Source: a virus
Lineage: Duplodnaviria > Caudoviricetes
Length of the DNA: 42,312 nucleotides
IMG/VR virus record: IMGVR_UViG_3300032212_000038
Coordinates: 1 to 42,312 of that record
Reading direction: 5' to 3' (one strand)
Positions 1-7,376 of this stretch are shown piece after piece. The translations under genes and the position numbers were made by a program. The notes under the pieces were generated by a model. That model was not told the origin of the DNA. It saw only the letters and a list, made by a program, of their open reading frames with translations, and made no database searches. Numbering within the stretch: position 1 is the stretch's first letter; each line of letters starts with the position of its first letter.

Positions 1-231
1 CAGTATACACTATTGATTTAGAGGTATCTGATGCTGATGCGGAAGTATTACGTTCACAGGATATTACTGTCAAAACAGAAGACGGTAAGAATATGGTGAA
101 GTTTAAACGTAAGCAGTTCCGTGAAGGTGGGAATGAAAACCCTAAACCAAACGTAGTCGATGCTGATAATATGCCCTTCGATAAACTCATCGGTAATGGA
201 AGTAAGGTGAATGTCCAATACCGTACATATG
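1..231. repeat. Terminal direct repeat, copy 1 (circular assembly overlap with 42082-42312)
   Basis: 1-231 equals 42082-42312 except T128/C42209 and A132/G42213; it lies inside the SSB gene. Confidence 0.97.
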
Positions 232-404
232 AGTGGAGCTGGGGCGGTAAGCAAGGCACTGGTGCAGACCTTGTAGGTGTACAAGTGATTGATCATGTAG
301 CCTACGGCGGTAGTGAGTTTGCCCCTGTAGCAGAGCCTAATGATCAGCCAGTAGAGACTAGTAATAATAACTATAAAGGGGATTTACCTTTTGACGACGA
401 GTAA
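1..404 (+). CDS. ssb: Single-stranded DNA-binding protein (T7 gp2.5-like), 3' part; the gene starts at 42021 and crosses the circular junction (154 aa in total)
   Basis: In frame with ATG 42021; LIGNGSKVNV and LVGVQVIDHVAY OB-fold-like motifs; acidic tail ending DLPFDDE. Confidence 0.8.
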   Translation, partial: VYTIDLEVSDADAEVLRSQDITVKTEDGKNMVKFKRKQFREGGNENPKPNVVDADNMPFDKLIGNGSKVNVQYRTYEWSWGGKQGTGADLVGVQVIDHVAYGGSEFAPVAEPNDQPVETSNNNYKGDLPFDDE

Positions 405-639
405 TAATAAGAACTTGCATGAGACAAGTCAGTACGTAGTAACTATTGGTAGCCATGAGGATTTTAAACAGGATGTTTATTTAGTTCTTAATAAGGTTAC
501 AGGTGTAGTGGAATATCCTACAACTGTACTACCTCAGGCTATCTCTGCTGCCGATCAATTCCAAGAACATCTGGATGAGATTGATCAGGAGAACAGACCT
601 TCATTATCTGTAGTTAAAGATGAAGAAGTTACCCACTAG
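391..639 (+). CDS. Hypothetical protein
   Basis: 82 aa ORF tightly packed after SSB. Confidence 0.65.
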   Translation: MTTSNNKNLHETSQYVVTIGSHEDFKQDVYLVLNKVTGVVEYPTTVLPQAISAADQFQEHLDEIDQENRPSLSVVKDEEVTH

Positions 640-787
640 TCCTTGTATAGGAAAATGTCAACAAAATAGGAAAGGCTACTGTGTAGGCTGTAAAAGGTCT
701 ATGGAAGAAATCACACAATGGCTAGATTACTCTGACAAGGAGCGTCAGAGTATCCTTATTGGGTTGAGAGGAAGGCCGATTAAATGA
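620..787 (+). CDS. DUF1289/YdhL-like small Cys-rich (predicted Fe-S) protein, 55 aa; not in the ORF track
   Basis: Hand translation MKKLPTSPCIGKCQQNRKGYCVGCKRSMEEITQWLDYSDKERQSILIGLRGRPIK; SPC..C...GYC.GC.R...EI..W pattern; ATGA overlap with the next gene. Confidence 0.8.
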   Translation: MKKLPTSPCIGKCQQNRKGYCVGCKRSMEEITQWLDYSDKERQSILIGLRGRPIK

Positions 788-996
788 ATCAGAAGACACC
801 TGCCGACGCAGGATTAAAGACATTCAAAGTGCCGGTGGTCAAGATGATTAGTACTTATGCTTACATTAAGTGTAAGGACGCTGAGACTGCTAAGAAGATG
901 ATTGAAGATAAACCAGACGTAGTAATGATTAACGGTGACGTAGAGGAACAGGAAGGTTTTCGACTAGGAGACGTCGGGGATGATATGCCTTTATGA
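784..996 (+). CDS. Hypothetical protein
   Basis: 70 aa; GAGGAAGG RBS; ATGA overlaps at both ends. Confidence 0.7.
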   Translation: MNQKTPADAGLKTFKVPVVKMISTYAYIKCKDAETAKKMIEDKPDVVMINGDVEEQEGFRLGDVGDDMPL

Positions 997-1766
997 TGAA
1001 AGCATTGATTGATGGTGATGTATTGCGTTATCAGTGTGGGTTTCCTGCTGACGGAGAGCCAGTAGAGAATGCACTATATAACACTAAGAAATTAATTAAG
1101 GAGATACTGAGCGCCGTAGGAGCAGACGACTACCGTATCTATTTAACAGGTAAAGGGAATTTCCGGTATGATGTAGCTACTATTAAGCCTTATAAAGGTA
1201 CTCGTAGTGGGCATAAGCCTGAGCACTACAATGCTATCACTGACTATCTCATTAATGTATGGAAAGCGGAGATAGTGGAAGGGATGGAAGCCGACGATGC
1301 TATGAGTATAGAACAGTGTAAGCTCTTTGAAGATAAGGAAGAGGGTACATACGGTAGGTCGGTTATCTGTACAATCGATAAGGATCTGGATATGGTTCCC
1401 GGCAATCACTACAACTGGAACACTGATGATAGGTACTGGTGTGATAGCTACGGCGGCCTTGCCTTAGATGAGACTAAGAGTAAGCCAAAATGCGTAGGTG
1501 CAGGTATTATGTTCTTCTGGGCACAGATGCTTATGGGGGATACGGTAGATAATATACCCGGAGTGCCTAGAGTAGGGCCAGTTAAAGCTTATAATCTATT
1601 GAAGGATTGTCAGACAGAGGATGAATTATTCTGTATTGTAGGTCAACAGTACGCTTATAAGTATGATGATCCAGAGGCAGCTATGTTAGAGAATGGTCGC
1701 TTATTATGGATGTTACAGAAAGAAAATAAACACTGGGAGTTACCTATAAGTAATGAAACAATATGA
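993..1766 (+). CDS. 5'-3' exonuclease / RNase H-like (T7 gp6-like)
   Basis: LIDGD, YKGTR, EADD, IDKDL and GDTVDNIPGVPRVGPVKA motifs. Confidence 0.92.
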   Translation: MMKALIDGDVLRYQCGFPADGEPVENALYNTKKLIKEILSAVGADDYRIYLTGKGNFRYDVATIKPYKGTRSGHKPEHYNAITDYLINVWKAEIVEGMEADDAMSIEQCKLFEDKEEGTYGRSVICTIDKDLDMVPGNHYNWNTDDRYWCDSYGGLALDETKSKPKCVGAGIMFFWAQMLMGDTVDNIPGVPRVGPVKAYNLLKDCQTEDELFCIVGQQYAYKYDDPEAAMLENGRLLWMLQKENKHWELPISNETI

Positions 1767-2254
1767 GCGGTAAGGGGGAGGCACTATTAACACAGGATAG
1801 ACTTAAACAACTACTGTGGTATAATCCTTGTTCAGGTAACTTTAGATCGTGTAGAACATATAAAGTTGTTGGAACATTGAGGAAAGATGGTTATATTAAG
1901 ATTTCTGTTAATAATAGATCCTACCTAGCACACAGGCTTGCATGGCTTTATGTTAATGGTGAGTGGCCTACAGGTCAGATTGATCATATAAATCATGACA
2001 GGTCAGATAATAGAATTAGTAATCTAAGAGATGTTGATAATCGAGAAAACCATAAGAATGAAACACTGTCATCTAATAATACATCAGGTGTTATAGGTGT
2101 TTATTGGAAGAAGAGTACAGGTAAATGGTGGGCAGGTATAAAGGTGGATGGAAGAATGATACATTTAGGATACTACGAGTATAAGACAGATGCTATCTCT
2201 GCTAGGTTAGGCGCAGAGAGGCTTTATAAATTTCACAGTAACCATGGTAAGTGA
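1763..2254 (+). CDS. HNH homing endonuclease with C-terminal AP2-like domain
   Basis: AHRLAW, IDHINHDRSDNRISNLR, NNTSGVIGVYW...KWWAGI...HLGY. Confidence 0.92.
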   Translation: MSGKGEALLTQDRLKQLLWYNPCSGNFRSCRTYKVVGTLRKDGYIKISVNNRSYLAHRLAWLYVNGEWPTGQIDHINHDRSDNRISNLRDVDNRENHKNETLSSNNTSGVIGVYWKKSTGKWWAGIKVDGRMIHLGYYEYKTDAISARLGAERLYKFHSNHGK

Positions 2255-2666
2255 TATGGGGGGTAGGAAATCTCGTCAGAAAAGAATACAAGAAACAACT
2301 ATATTTGTAAAGCCCTTATCTGTCAACATGTGCTGGCAAGGACGTAGATATAAGACTCCTAACTATAAAGCTTATGAGAAGAAAGTACTCGAACTATTAC
2401 CAGAGGATTTATACTTACCTAAGAATGGTAAGCTGGTAGTCTATATTACTTTCGGGTTCAGTAGTAAGATGTCAGACTACGACAATGCTATTAAGCCGTT
2501 CCAAGACATACTGCAGAAGAAGTACGGGTTTGATGATAACCGGATATATGAAGCACATATATTTAAAGAGATTACGGAGAAAGGACATGAGTTCATCCGA
2601 GTTAGAATTGAGAAAATTAAGGAAACAACAAGAAGTAGAAAGGATAATGGAGGAGGTAGTGAATAA
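2244..2666 (+). CDS. rusA: RusA-like Holliday junction resolvase
   Basis: PLSVN, DYDNAIKPFQDIL and FDDNRI catalytic Asp motifs. Confidence 0.8.
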   Translation: MVSDMGGRKSRQKRIQETTIFVKPLSVNMCWQGRRYKTPNYKAYEKKVLELLPEDLYLPKNGKLVVYITFGFSSKMSDYDNAIKPFQDILQKKYGFDDNRIYEAHIFKEITEKGHEFIRVRIEKIKETTRSRKDNGGGSE

Positions 2667-2730
2667 AAAAGAAGTTAAAGGTTTCGACCCTTGGACTGAT
2701 CCTCAGAAGTTACGGGAGAAGAAGACATGA
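2587..2730 (+). CDS. Small hypothetical protein (probable start 2587 rather than 2485)
   Basis: GGAGAAAGGA RBS before ATG 2587; ATGA overlap with the next gene. Confidence 0.5.
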   Translation: MSSSELELRKLRKQQEVERIMEEVVNKKEVKGFDPWTDPQKLREKKT

Positions 2731-2915
2731 GCCACGGTTGTTACAGGTGTGGGGAGATTGATGGTGAGATTGAAGTATCTATTGATCAAAGTACTAAGTG
2801 CTGTAGTTGTGGCTCTATTGGTACTGTCATTAGTTTTCAGACCGCACTAGATATTATCAACGACTTCTACTTGAAAGGTGAGAAGGTAGCAACAGAGGAG
2901 TATGAGGATGGGTGA
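2727..2915 (+). CDS. Small zinc-ribbon protein
   Basis: CYRCG...CCSCG. Confidence 0.7.
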   Translation: MSHGCYRCGEIDGEIEVSIDQSTKCCSCGSIGTVISFQTALDIINDFYLKGEKVATEEYEDG

Positions 2916-3132
2916 GGAGATGAGAGCATTAGACTCTCAGATAGGTGGCGACCACTATAAGAGTATGAAGATACAACCTATGGAATACTCAATGGCTAAT
3001 AACTTAGACCCTTGTCAGCATACTATTATTAAGTATGTAAGTCGTTTCCGAAGTAAGAATGGATTAGAAGATTTAATTAAAGCTAAGCACTGTATTGACC
3101 TATTGATAGAATTGGAAGGCTATAATGAGTAA
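2902..3132 (+). CDS. DUF3310 protein (T7 gp1.7-like nucleotide kinase family)
   Basis: QIGGDHYK, KYVSRFRSKNGLEDLIKAKHCIDLLIE. Confidence 0.85.
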   Translation: MRMGEEMRALDSQIGGDHYKSMKIQPMEYSMANNLDPCQHTIIKYVSRFRSKNGLEDLIKAKHCIDLLIELEGYNE

Positions 3133-3907
3133 GAAGATACTAGTAATACCAGATGCACATGCACACCCTGACTATGATAATGAACGATTCTCTGCCCTAG
3201 GTCAGTTGATTGTAGACGAAAAACCGGACGTTATTGTATGTATTGGTGACTTTGCAGATATGCCTTCTTTGTCCTCTTACGATAGAGGTACACGAGGCTT
3301 CGAAGGTAGGCGCTACAGTAGAGATATAGCAGCAGCACAGGAAGCTATGAACCTATTAATGGCTCCTATGGTAGAGTATAATGCTAAGCGTAAGAAGGAT
3401 AAGAAGCGTCGCTACAGACCTAAGAAGGTTATGTGCCTAGGTAACCATGAGGCACGTATAGATAAGGCTACACAGAGCAGCTCAGAGCTGTATGGGACTA
3501 TATCTACTGATGACCTAGGCTATCAAGATCATGGTTGGGAAGTATATCCTTTCATGGAACGAGTATTTATAGAAGGTATAGCATTCTCTCACTACTTTGC
3601 ATCAGGTGTTATGAATCGTCCTATTGGTGGAGAGCATATTGGTAACTCACTACTGAGTAAGAACTATATGTCTAGCGTCCAAGGTCATTCACATTTATAT
3701 AACCATGCTATTCGTACCAGAGCTGATGGTCAGAAGATGCATGGTCTTGCTGTAGGCTGTTTCGTACACCCGGAGTACACAGAAGGTTGGTGTGCAGGAG
3801 CACGGCATCTATGGTGGGAAGGTGTACTCCTCCTTGATAATGTCTCCGAAGGAGATTTTAGCCTACGTGATATAACAACAGAACAATTAATGGAGATGTA
3901 TGGATAG
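3125..3907 (+). CDS. Calcineurin-like metallophosphoesterase
   Basis: IPDAH, IGDFAD, GNHE, FSH and QGHSH motifs. Confidence 0.9.
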   Translation: MSKKILVIPDAHAHPDYDNERFSALGQLIVDEKPDVIVCIGDFADMPSLSSYDRGTRGFEGRRYSRDIAAAQEAMNLLMAPMVEYNAKRKKDKKRRYRPKKVMCLGNHEARIDKATQSSSELYGTISTDDLGYQDHGWEVYPFMERVFIEGIAFSHYFASGVMNRPIGGEHIGNSLLSKNYMSSVQGHSHLYNHAIRTRADGQKMHGLAVGCFVHPEYTEGWCAGARHLWWEGVLLLDNVSEGDFSLRDITTEQLMEMYG

Positions 3908-4310
3908 TATATATTATGTATATAAACATATAGAGCCGGTCACTAATGAGGTACTATATATAGGTTCTGGATCTAAAGATAGAGCTTGGCATTATCGAGT
4001 CTCAATGTCTCGTAATTCTGAACACACAGAATATCTTAACGCCTTAACTGAAGATGGTTATATTCCTAGTGACTGGGTTGAGATAGTAGCTAAATGTTTA
4101 TCTAAAAAAGAAGCTGTGAAGTTAGAAAAAGAATTAATAATTGCCTATCAACCCCCGTTCAACATACATAAGGGCGAGGGGTCGATGATAGATAAAGATA
4201 TGTTAGAGGTTGCAAAAGTATTGAAAGGTAAAGGTATAGTAGGTAGAAAGGCAGCAGAAGAACTAGAGTGTTCTGTAATGACAGCGTGGAGGTATCAGTA
4301 TGTCTACTAA
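3900..4310 (+). CDS. GIY-YIG-like endonuclease with C-terminal HTH (probable homing endonuclease)
   Basis: YVY...YIGSG...R...E...N pattern; C-terminal RKAAEELECSVMTAWRY HTH. Confidence 0.7.
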   Translation: MDSIYYVYKHIEPVTNEVLYIGSGSKDRAWHYRVSMSRNSEHTEYLNALTEDGYIPSDWVEIVAKCLSKKEAVKLEKELIIAYQPPFNIHKGEGSMIDKDMLEVAKVLKGKGIVGRKAAEELECSVMTAWRYQYVY

Positions 4311-6234
4311 TATGACGCAATATATGGAGTACATACATAAGAGTCGGTACGCAAGATGGAAAGAGGATGAAGGTAGGCGAGAGACGTGGGATGAGACAGT
4401 TAGTCGTTACATTGATTATTTCTACGACAGAAATACAGAAAAGGATACAGAGTTCGGTATATGGAAAGAGCTGAGAGATTCTATTCTTGACTTAGAAGTA
4501 ATGCCCTCTATGCGAGCCTTAATGACAGCAGGGCCAGCATTAGATAGGGATAATGTAGCAGGCTTTAACTGTAGTTATGTAGCTGTAGATAGCCCCCGTG
4601 TATTTGATGAGATCATGTATGTCCTCATGTGCGGTACAGGTGTAGGTTTCTCAGTAGAGCGGCAGTTCGTATCTAAACTACCAGAGGTATCAGAAGATTT
4701 CCATGACACCGATACAGTCATTCATGTTGCAGATTCTAAGATTGGATGGGCAAAAGCTTACAGGGAACTCATATCTATGCTGTACGCAGGTCAAATCCCC
4801 CAATGGGATATGTCTAAGGTTCGTGCCGCAGGAGAGAAACTCAAGACCTTTGGTGGTCGTGCATCAGGCCCACAACCGCTTATCGACTTATTCAATTTCA
4901 CCGTTGAAGTCTTTAAGGGATCAGCAGGAAGAAAACTAACAAGTATAGAGTGTCATGACGTGGTATGTAAAGTTGCTGATATTGTGGTGGTTGGTGGTGT
5001 TCGTAGGAGTGCTCTCATCTCTCTTAGCAATCTCACGGATGAAAGGATGCGTAAAGCGAAATCAGGACAATGGTGGGAAGATAACGGACAAAGAGCACTA
5101 GCTAATAATAGTGTATGTTACACAGAGAAGCCTGATGTAGGCATCTTCATGAAAGAGTGGTTAAGTTTATATGAATCAAAATCAGGAGAGCGCGGTATCT
5201 TCTCTAGAGATGCTGCTCAAAAGCATGTTGAAAAGAACGGACGAAGAGATAGCGGATATGAATTTGGTACAAATCCTTGTTCAGAAATTATCCTCCGTCC
5301 CAAGCAATTCTGTAACTTATCAGAAGTCATCGTTAGATCTACAGATACCTTTGATGACCTCAAACGGAAAGTACGACTTGCAACTATCCTTGGAACTTTC
5401 CAAGCAAGCTTAACAGATTTTAGATATTTAAGTGCAGCTTGGAAGAATAATACAGTAGAGGAGGCTTTACTGGGCGTATCTCTGACAGGTATTATGGATC
5501 ATCCTGTGATGGCTGGAAGGTTTAATGACGTAGGTTTGTACGATGGGTTTGAAGAGTTTGAGAAACTAGAAGATGTGTTAGGGGCTCTTAAGGAGGTGGC
5601 AGTTGAAACAAATAAAGTATGGGCTGATAAACTCGGTATCAACCCTTCTACAGCGATTACGTGTGTTAAGCCAAGTGGTACTGTTAGTCAGCTCGTGGAT
5701 AGCAGTTCCGGTATTCATAGCCGTCACAGTGACTTTTACATTCGAACCGTAAGAGCCGATAAGAAAGACCCACTAGCTCAGATGATGGTAGATGCAGGTG
5801 TACCTGTAGAGGACGATGTTACTAAGCCTGACCATAACTATGTATTCTCATTCCCTGTTAAGAGTCCGGATAATGCTATCACACGGAATGATATGCCTGC
5901 CTTACAGCAACTAGATATATGGAAGGTGTATGCAGAGTATTGGTGTGAGCATAAACCGTCTGTAACCATCACTGTGCGTGATGATGAGGTTATGGAAGTA
6001 GGTGCATGGGTATGGGAGAACTTTGATATGTGTTCTGGTATCTCATTCTTACCACATACAGACCATGTATACGCTCAAGCTCCTTATCAGGAATGTACAG
6101 AGGAAGGGTATAATGAGCTGTATGCACTCATGCCGGACTTAGACTGGGAGAAATTAAGTGATTATGAAACTAGTGACAATGTTACTGTTGAGCATGAGCT
6201 TGCTTGTTCAGCCGGTAGCTGCGAAATCCTCTGA
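4300..6234 (+). CDS. nrdJ: Class II (adenosylcobalamin-dependent) ribonucleotide reductase, monomeric RTPR type
   Basis: PSMRALM, FNCS, VVVGGVRRSA, GTNPCSEI, TCVKPSGT, C-terminal CSAGSC; no beta subunit in the genome. Confidence 0.93.
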   Translation: MSTNMTQYMEYIHKSRYARWKEDEGRRETWDETVSRYIDYFYDRNTEKDTEFGIWKELRDSILDLEVMPSMRALMTAGPALDRDNVAGFNCSYVAVDSPRVFDEIMYVLMCGTGVGFSVERQFVSKLPEVSEDFHDTDTVIHVADSKIGWAKAYRELISMLYAGQIPQWDMSKVRAAGEKLKTFGGRASGPQPLIDLFNFTVEVFKGSAGRKLTSIECHDVVCKVADIVVVGGVRRSALISLSNLTDERMRKAKSGQWWEDNGQRALANNSVCYTEKPDVGIFMKEWLSLYESKSGERGIFSRDAAQKHVEKNGRRDSGYEFGTNPCSEIILRPKQFCNLSEVIVRSTDTFDDLKRKVRLATILGTFQASLTDFRYLSAAWKNNTVEEALLGVSLTGIMDHPVMAGRFNDVGLYDGFEEFEKLEDVLGALKEVAVETNKVWADKLGINPSTAITCVKPSGTVSQLVDSSSGIHSRHSDFYIRTVRADKKDPLAQMMVDAGVPVEDDVTKPDHNYVFSFPVKSPDNAITRNDMPALQQLDIWKVYAEYWCEHKPSVTITVRDDEVMEVGAWVWENFDMCSGISFLPHTDHVYAQAPYQECTEEGYNELYALMPDLDWEKLSDYETSDNVTVEHELACSAGSCEIL

Positions 6235-7045
6235 GGAAACAACCAGAGGGTTACGTAATAACAACCCGGGTAATATAATCCATACCCCTAAGAAGTGGGT
6301 CGGGGAGGTGGATTGCCCTGACCTTAAATTTAAATGTTTCGAGAGCCCCCTAGCGGGGCTTAAGGCTCTCATAAGGAACCTCGATGTATATCATTTAAAA
6401 TATAGATTAACAACAATAGAAAGGATAATAAGTAGATGGAGTCCAAAGAATGAAAATGATACTGGAAGACTTATCAAAGATATTACTAGGAGCCTTGATA
6501 GCATGGGCTACCATATGTACGATTATAGTAACGCTGATCATGTTGCAGCCCTTATTCGAGGGATTATCATCAGTGAAAACGGCACTTCTCCATTTAATCA
6601 GTCATATATAAAAGAGGTACTGTATGATACCAGTAGAGTTATTTACAATGGGGATGAGTACTGTACTAGGCGGAGTAATGAAGCTGTGGTCTCAATCAAT
6701 AGAGAGCAAAAAACAGCAGAATTTAGCCCAGTTAGCAGTTATGAAGCAGAGAGGGAAGTTGATACAAGAGGCAAGGAAAGACAAGAGCCTACAGTTCACA
6801 AGAAGGATCATAGCCTTATCTTCAGTAGCAGCTATAATCGTATTGCCGAAGCTAGCAGGACTCTTCGAAGTACCTGTAACCTATGGATGGACAGAGTGGC
6901 AGAGCGGGTTCTGGTTCTTCACGGAAGGAAAGGATATAGTGCAGTGGCACCAAGCGACGGGCGGGGGGATACTCCTGACTCCCCTAGACACCCATCTAGT
7001 CTCAGCTATTGTTGGACTTTATTTTGGAGGCAGCCTTACATCTAA
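6158..7045 (+). CDS. Putative secreted endolysin / lysozyme-like protein (RNNNPGNI family) with signal peptide; the C-terminal ~140 codons overlap the next gene
   Basis: N-terminal MKLVTMLLLSMSLLVQPVAA; RGLRNNNPGNI...F....G..A...TIERIISRWSP..ENDT motif; adjacent to a membrane protein. Confidence 0.65.
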   Translation: MIMKLVTMLLLSMSLLVQPVAAKSSEETTRGLRNNNPGNIIHTPKKWVGEVDCPDLKFKCFESPLAGLKALIRNLDVYHLKYRLTTIERIISRWSPKNENDTGRLIKDITRSLDSMGYHMYDYSNADHVAALIRGIIISENGTSPFNQSYIKEVLYDTSRVIYNGDEYCTRRSNEAVVSINREQKTAEFSPVSSYEAEREVDTRGKERQEPTVHKKDHSLIFSSSYNRIAEASRTLRSTCNLWMDRVAERVLVLHGRKGYSAVAPSDGRGDTPDSPRHPSSLSYCWTLFWRQPYI

Positions 7046-7052
7046 TCATTAA
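6624..7052 (+). CDS. Membrane protein, holin candidate
   Basis: GAGG RBS; hydrophobic segments IIALSSVAAIIVL and LVSAIVGLYFGG; last gene of the + arm, next to the putative lysin. Confidence 0.55.
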   Translation: MIPVELFTMGMSTVLGGVMKLWSQSIESKKQQNLAQLAVMKQRGKLIQEARKDKSLQFTRRIIALSSVAAIIVLPKLAGLFEVPVTYGWTEWQSGFWFFTEGKDIVQWHQATGGGILLTPLDTHLVSAIVGLYFGGSLTSNH

Positions 7053-7375
7053 ACTTTAATGTAAGTTAGTAGGAAAATCAAGGCATCCTTAGCTGCCGTA
7101 TTTAAATTACTTGCCTTTATATTAGATACGAGACTGTCTCTTAAGGCCCTACGTGCTATAGTTTCCTCATCAAAAACAATAGGGGTTGGTGGTTTTTCTC
7201 CTATATCAACGATACTTCCTCCTATGAGGGCCATAGTGTCTTGGCCGTCTAAGAGAATCATATACTCCCCATCAGAGATTTCTCCTGCAGTAGGAGGTAT
7301 ATTCTTATTTACGCCTTCCATATAGAAACCTATAGGTCTCCCGTCTGTATCTACTTCACAGTATCTTTTATTCAT
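7049..7375 (-). CDS. Tail fibre assembly/chaperone-like protein
   Basis: GFY...N..IP....EIS...Y..LL.GQ pattern; immediately downstream of the fibre gene. Confidence 0.6.
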   Translation of the reverse strand: MNKRYCEVDTDGRPIGFYMEGVNKNIPPTAGEISDGEYMILLDGQDTMALIGGSIVDIGEKPPTPIVFDEETIARRALRDSLVSNIKASNLNTAAKDALIFLLTYIKV

Positions 7376-7376
7376 A

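Noticed and set aside
6341-6370. GC-rich hairpin AGCCCC-CTAGC-GGGGCT as a terminator for the converging arms
   Set aside because: It sits inside the lysin coding region with no clear U-tract on either strand.
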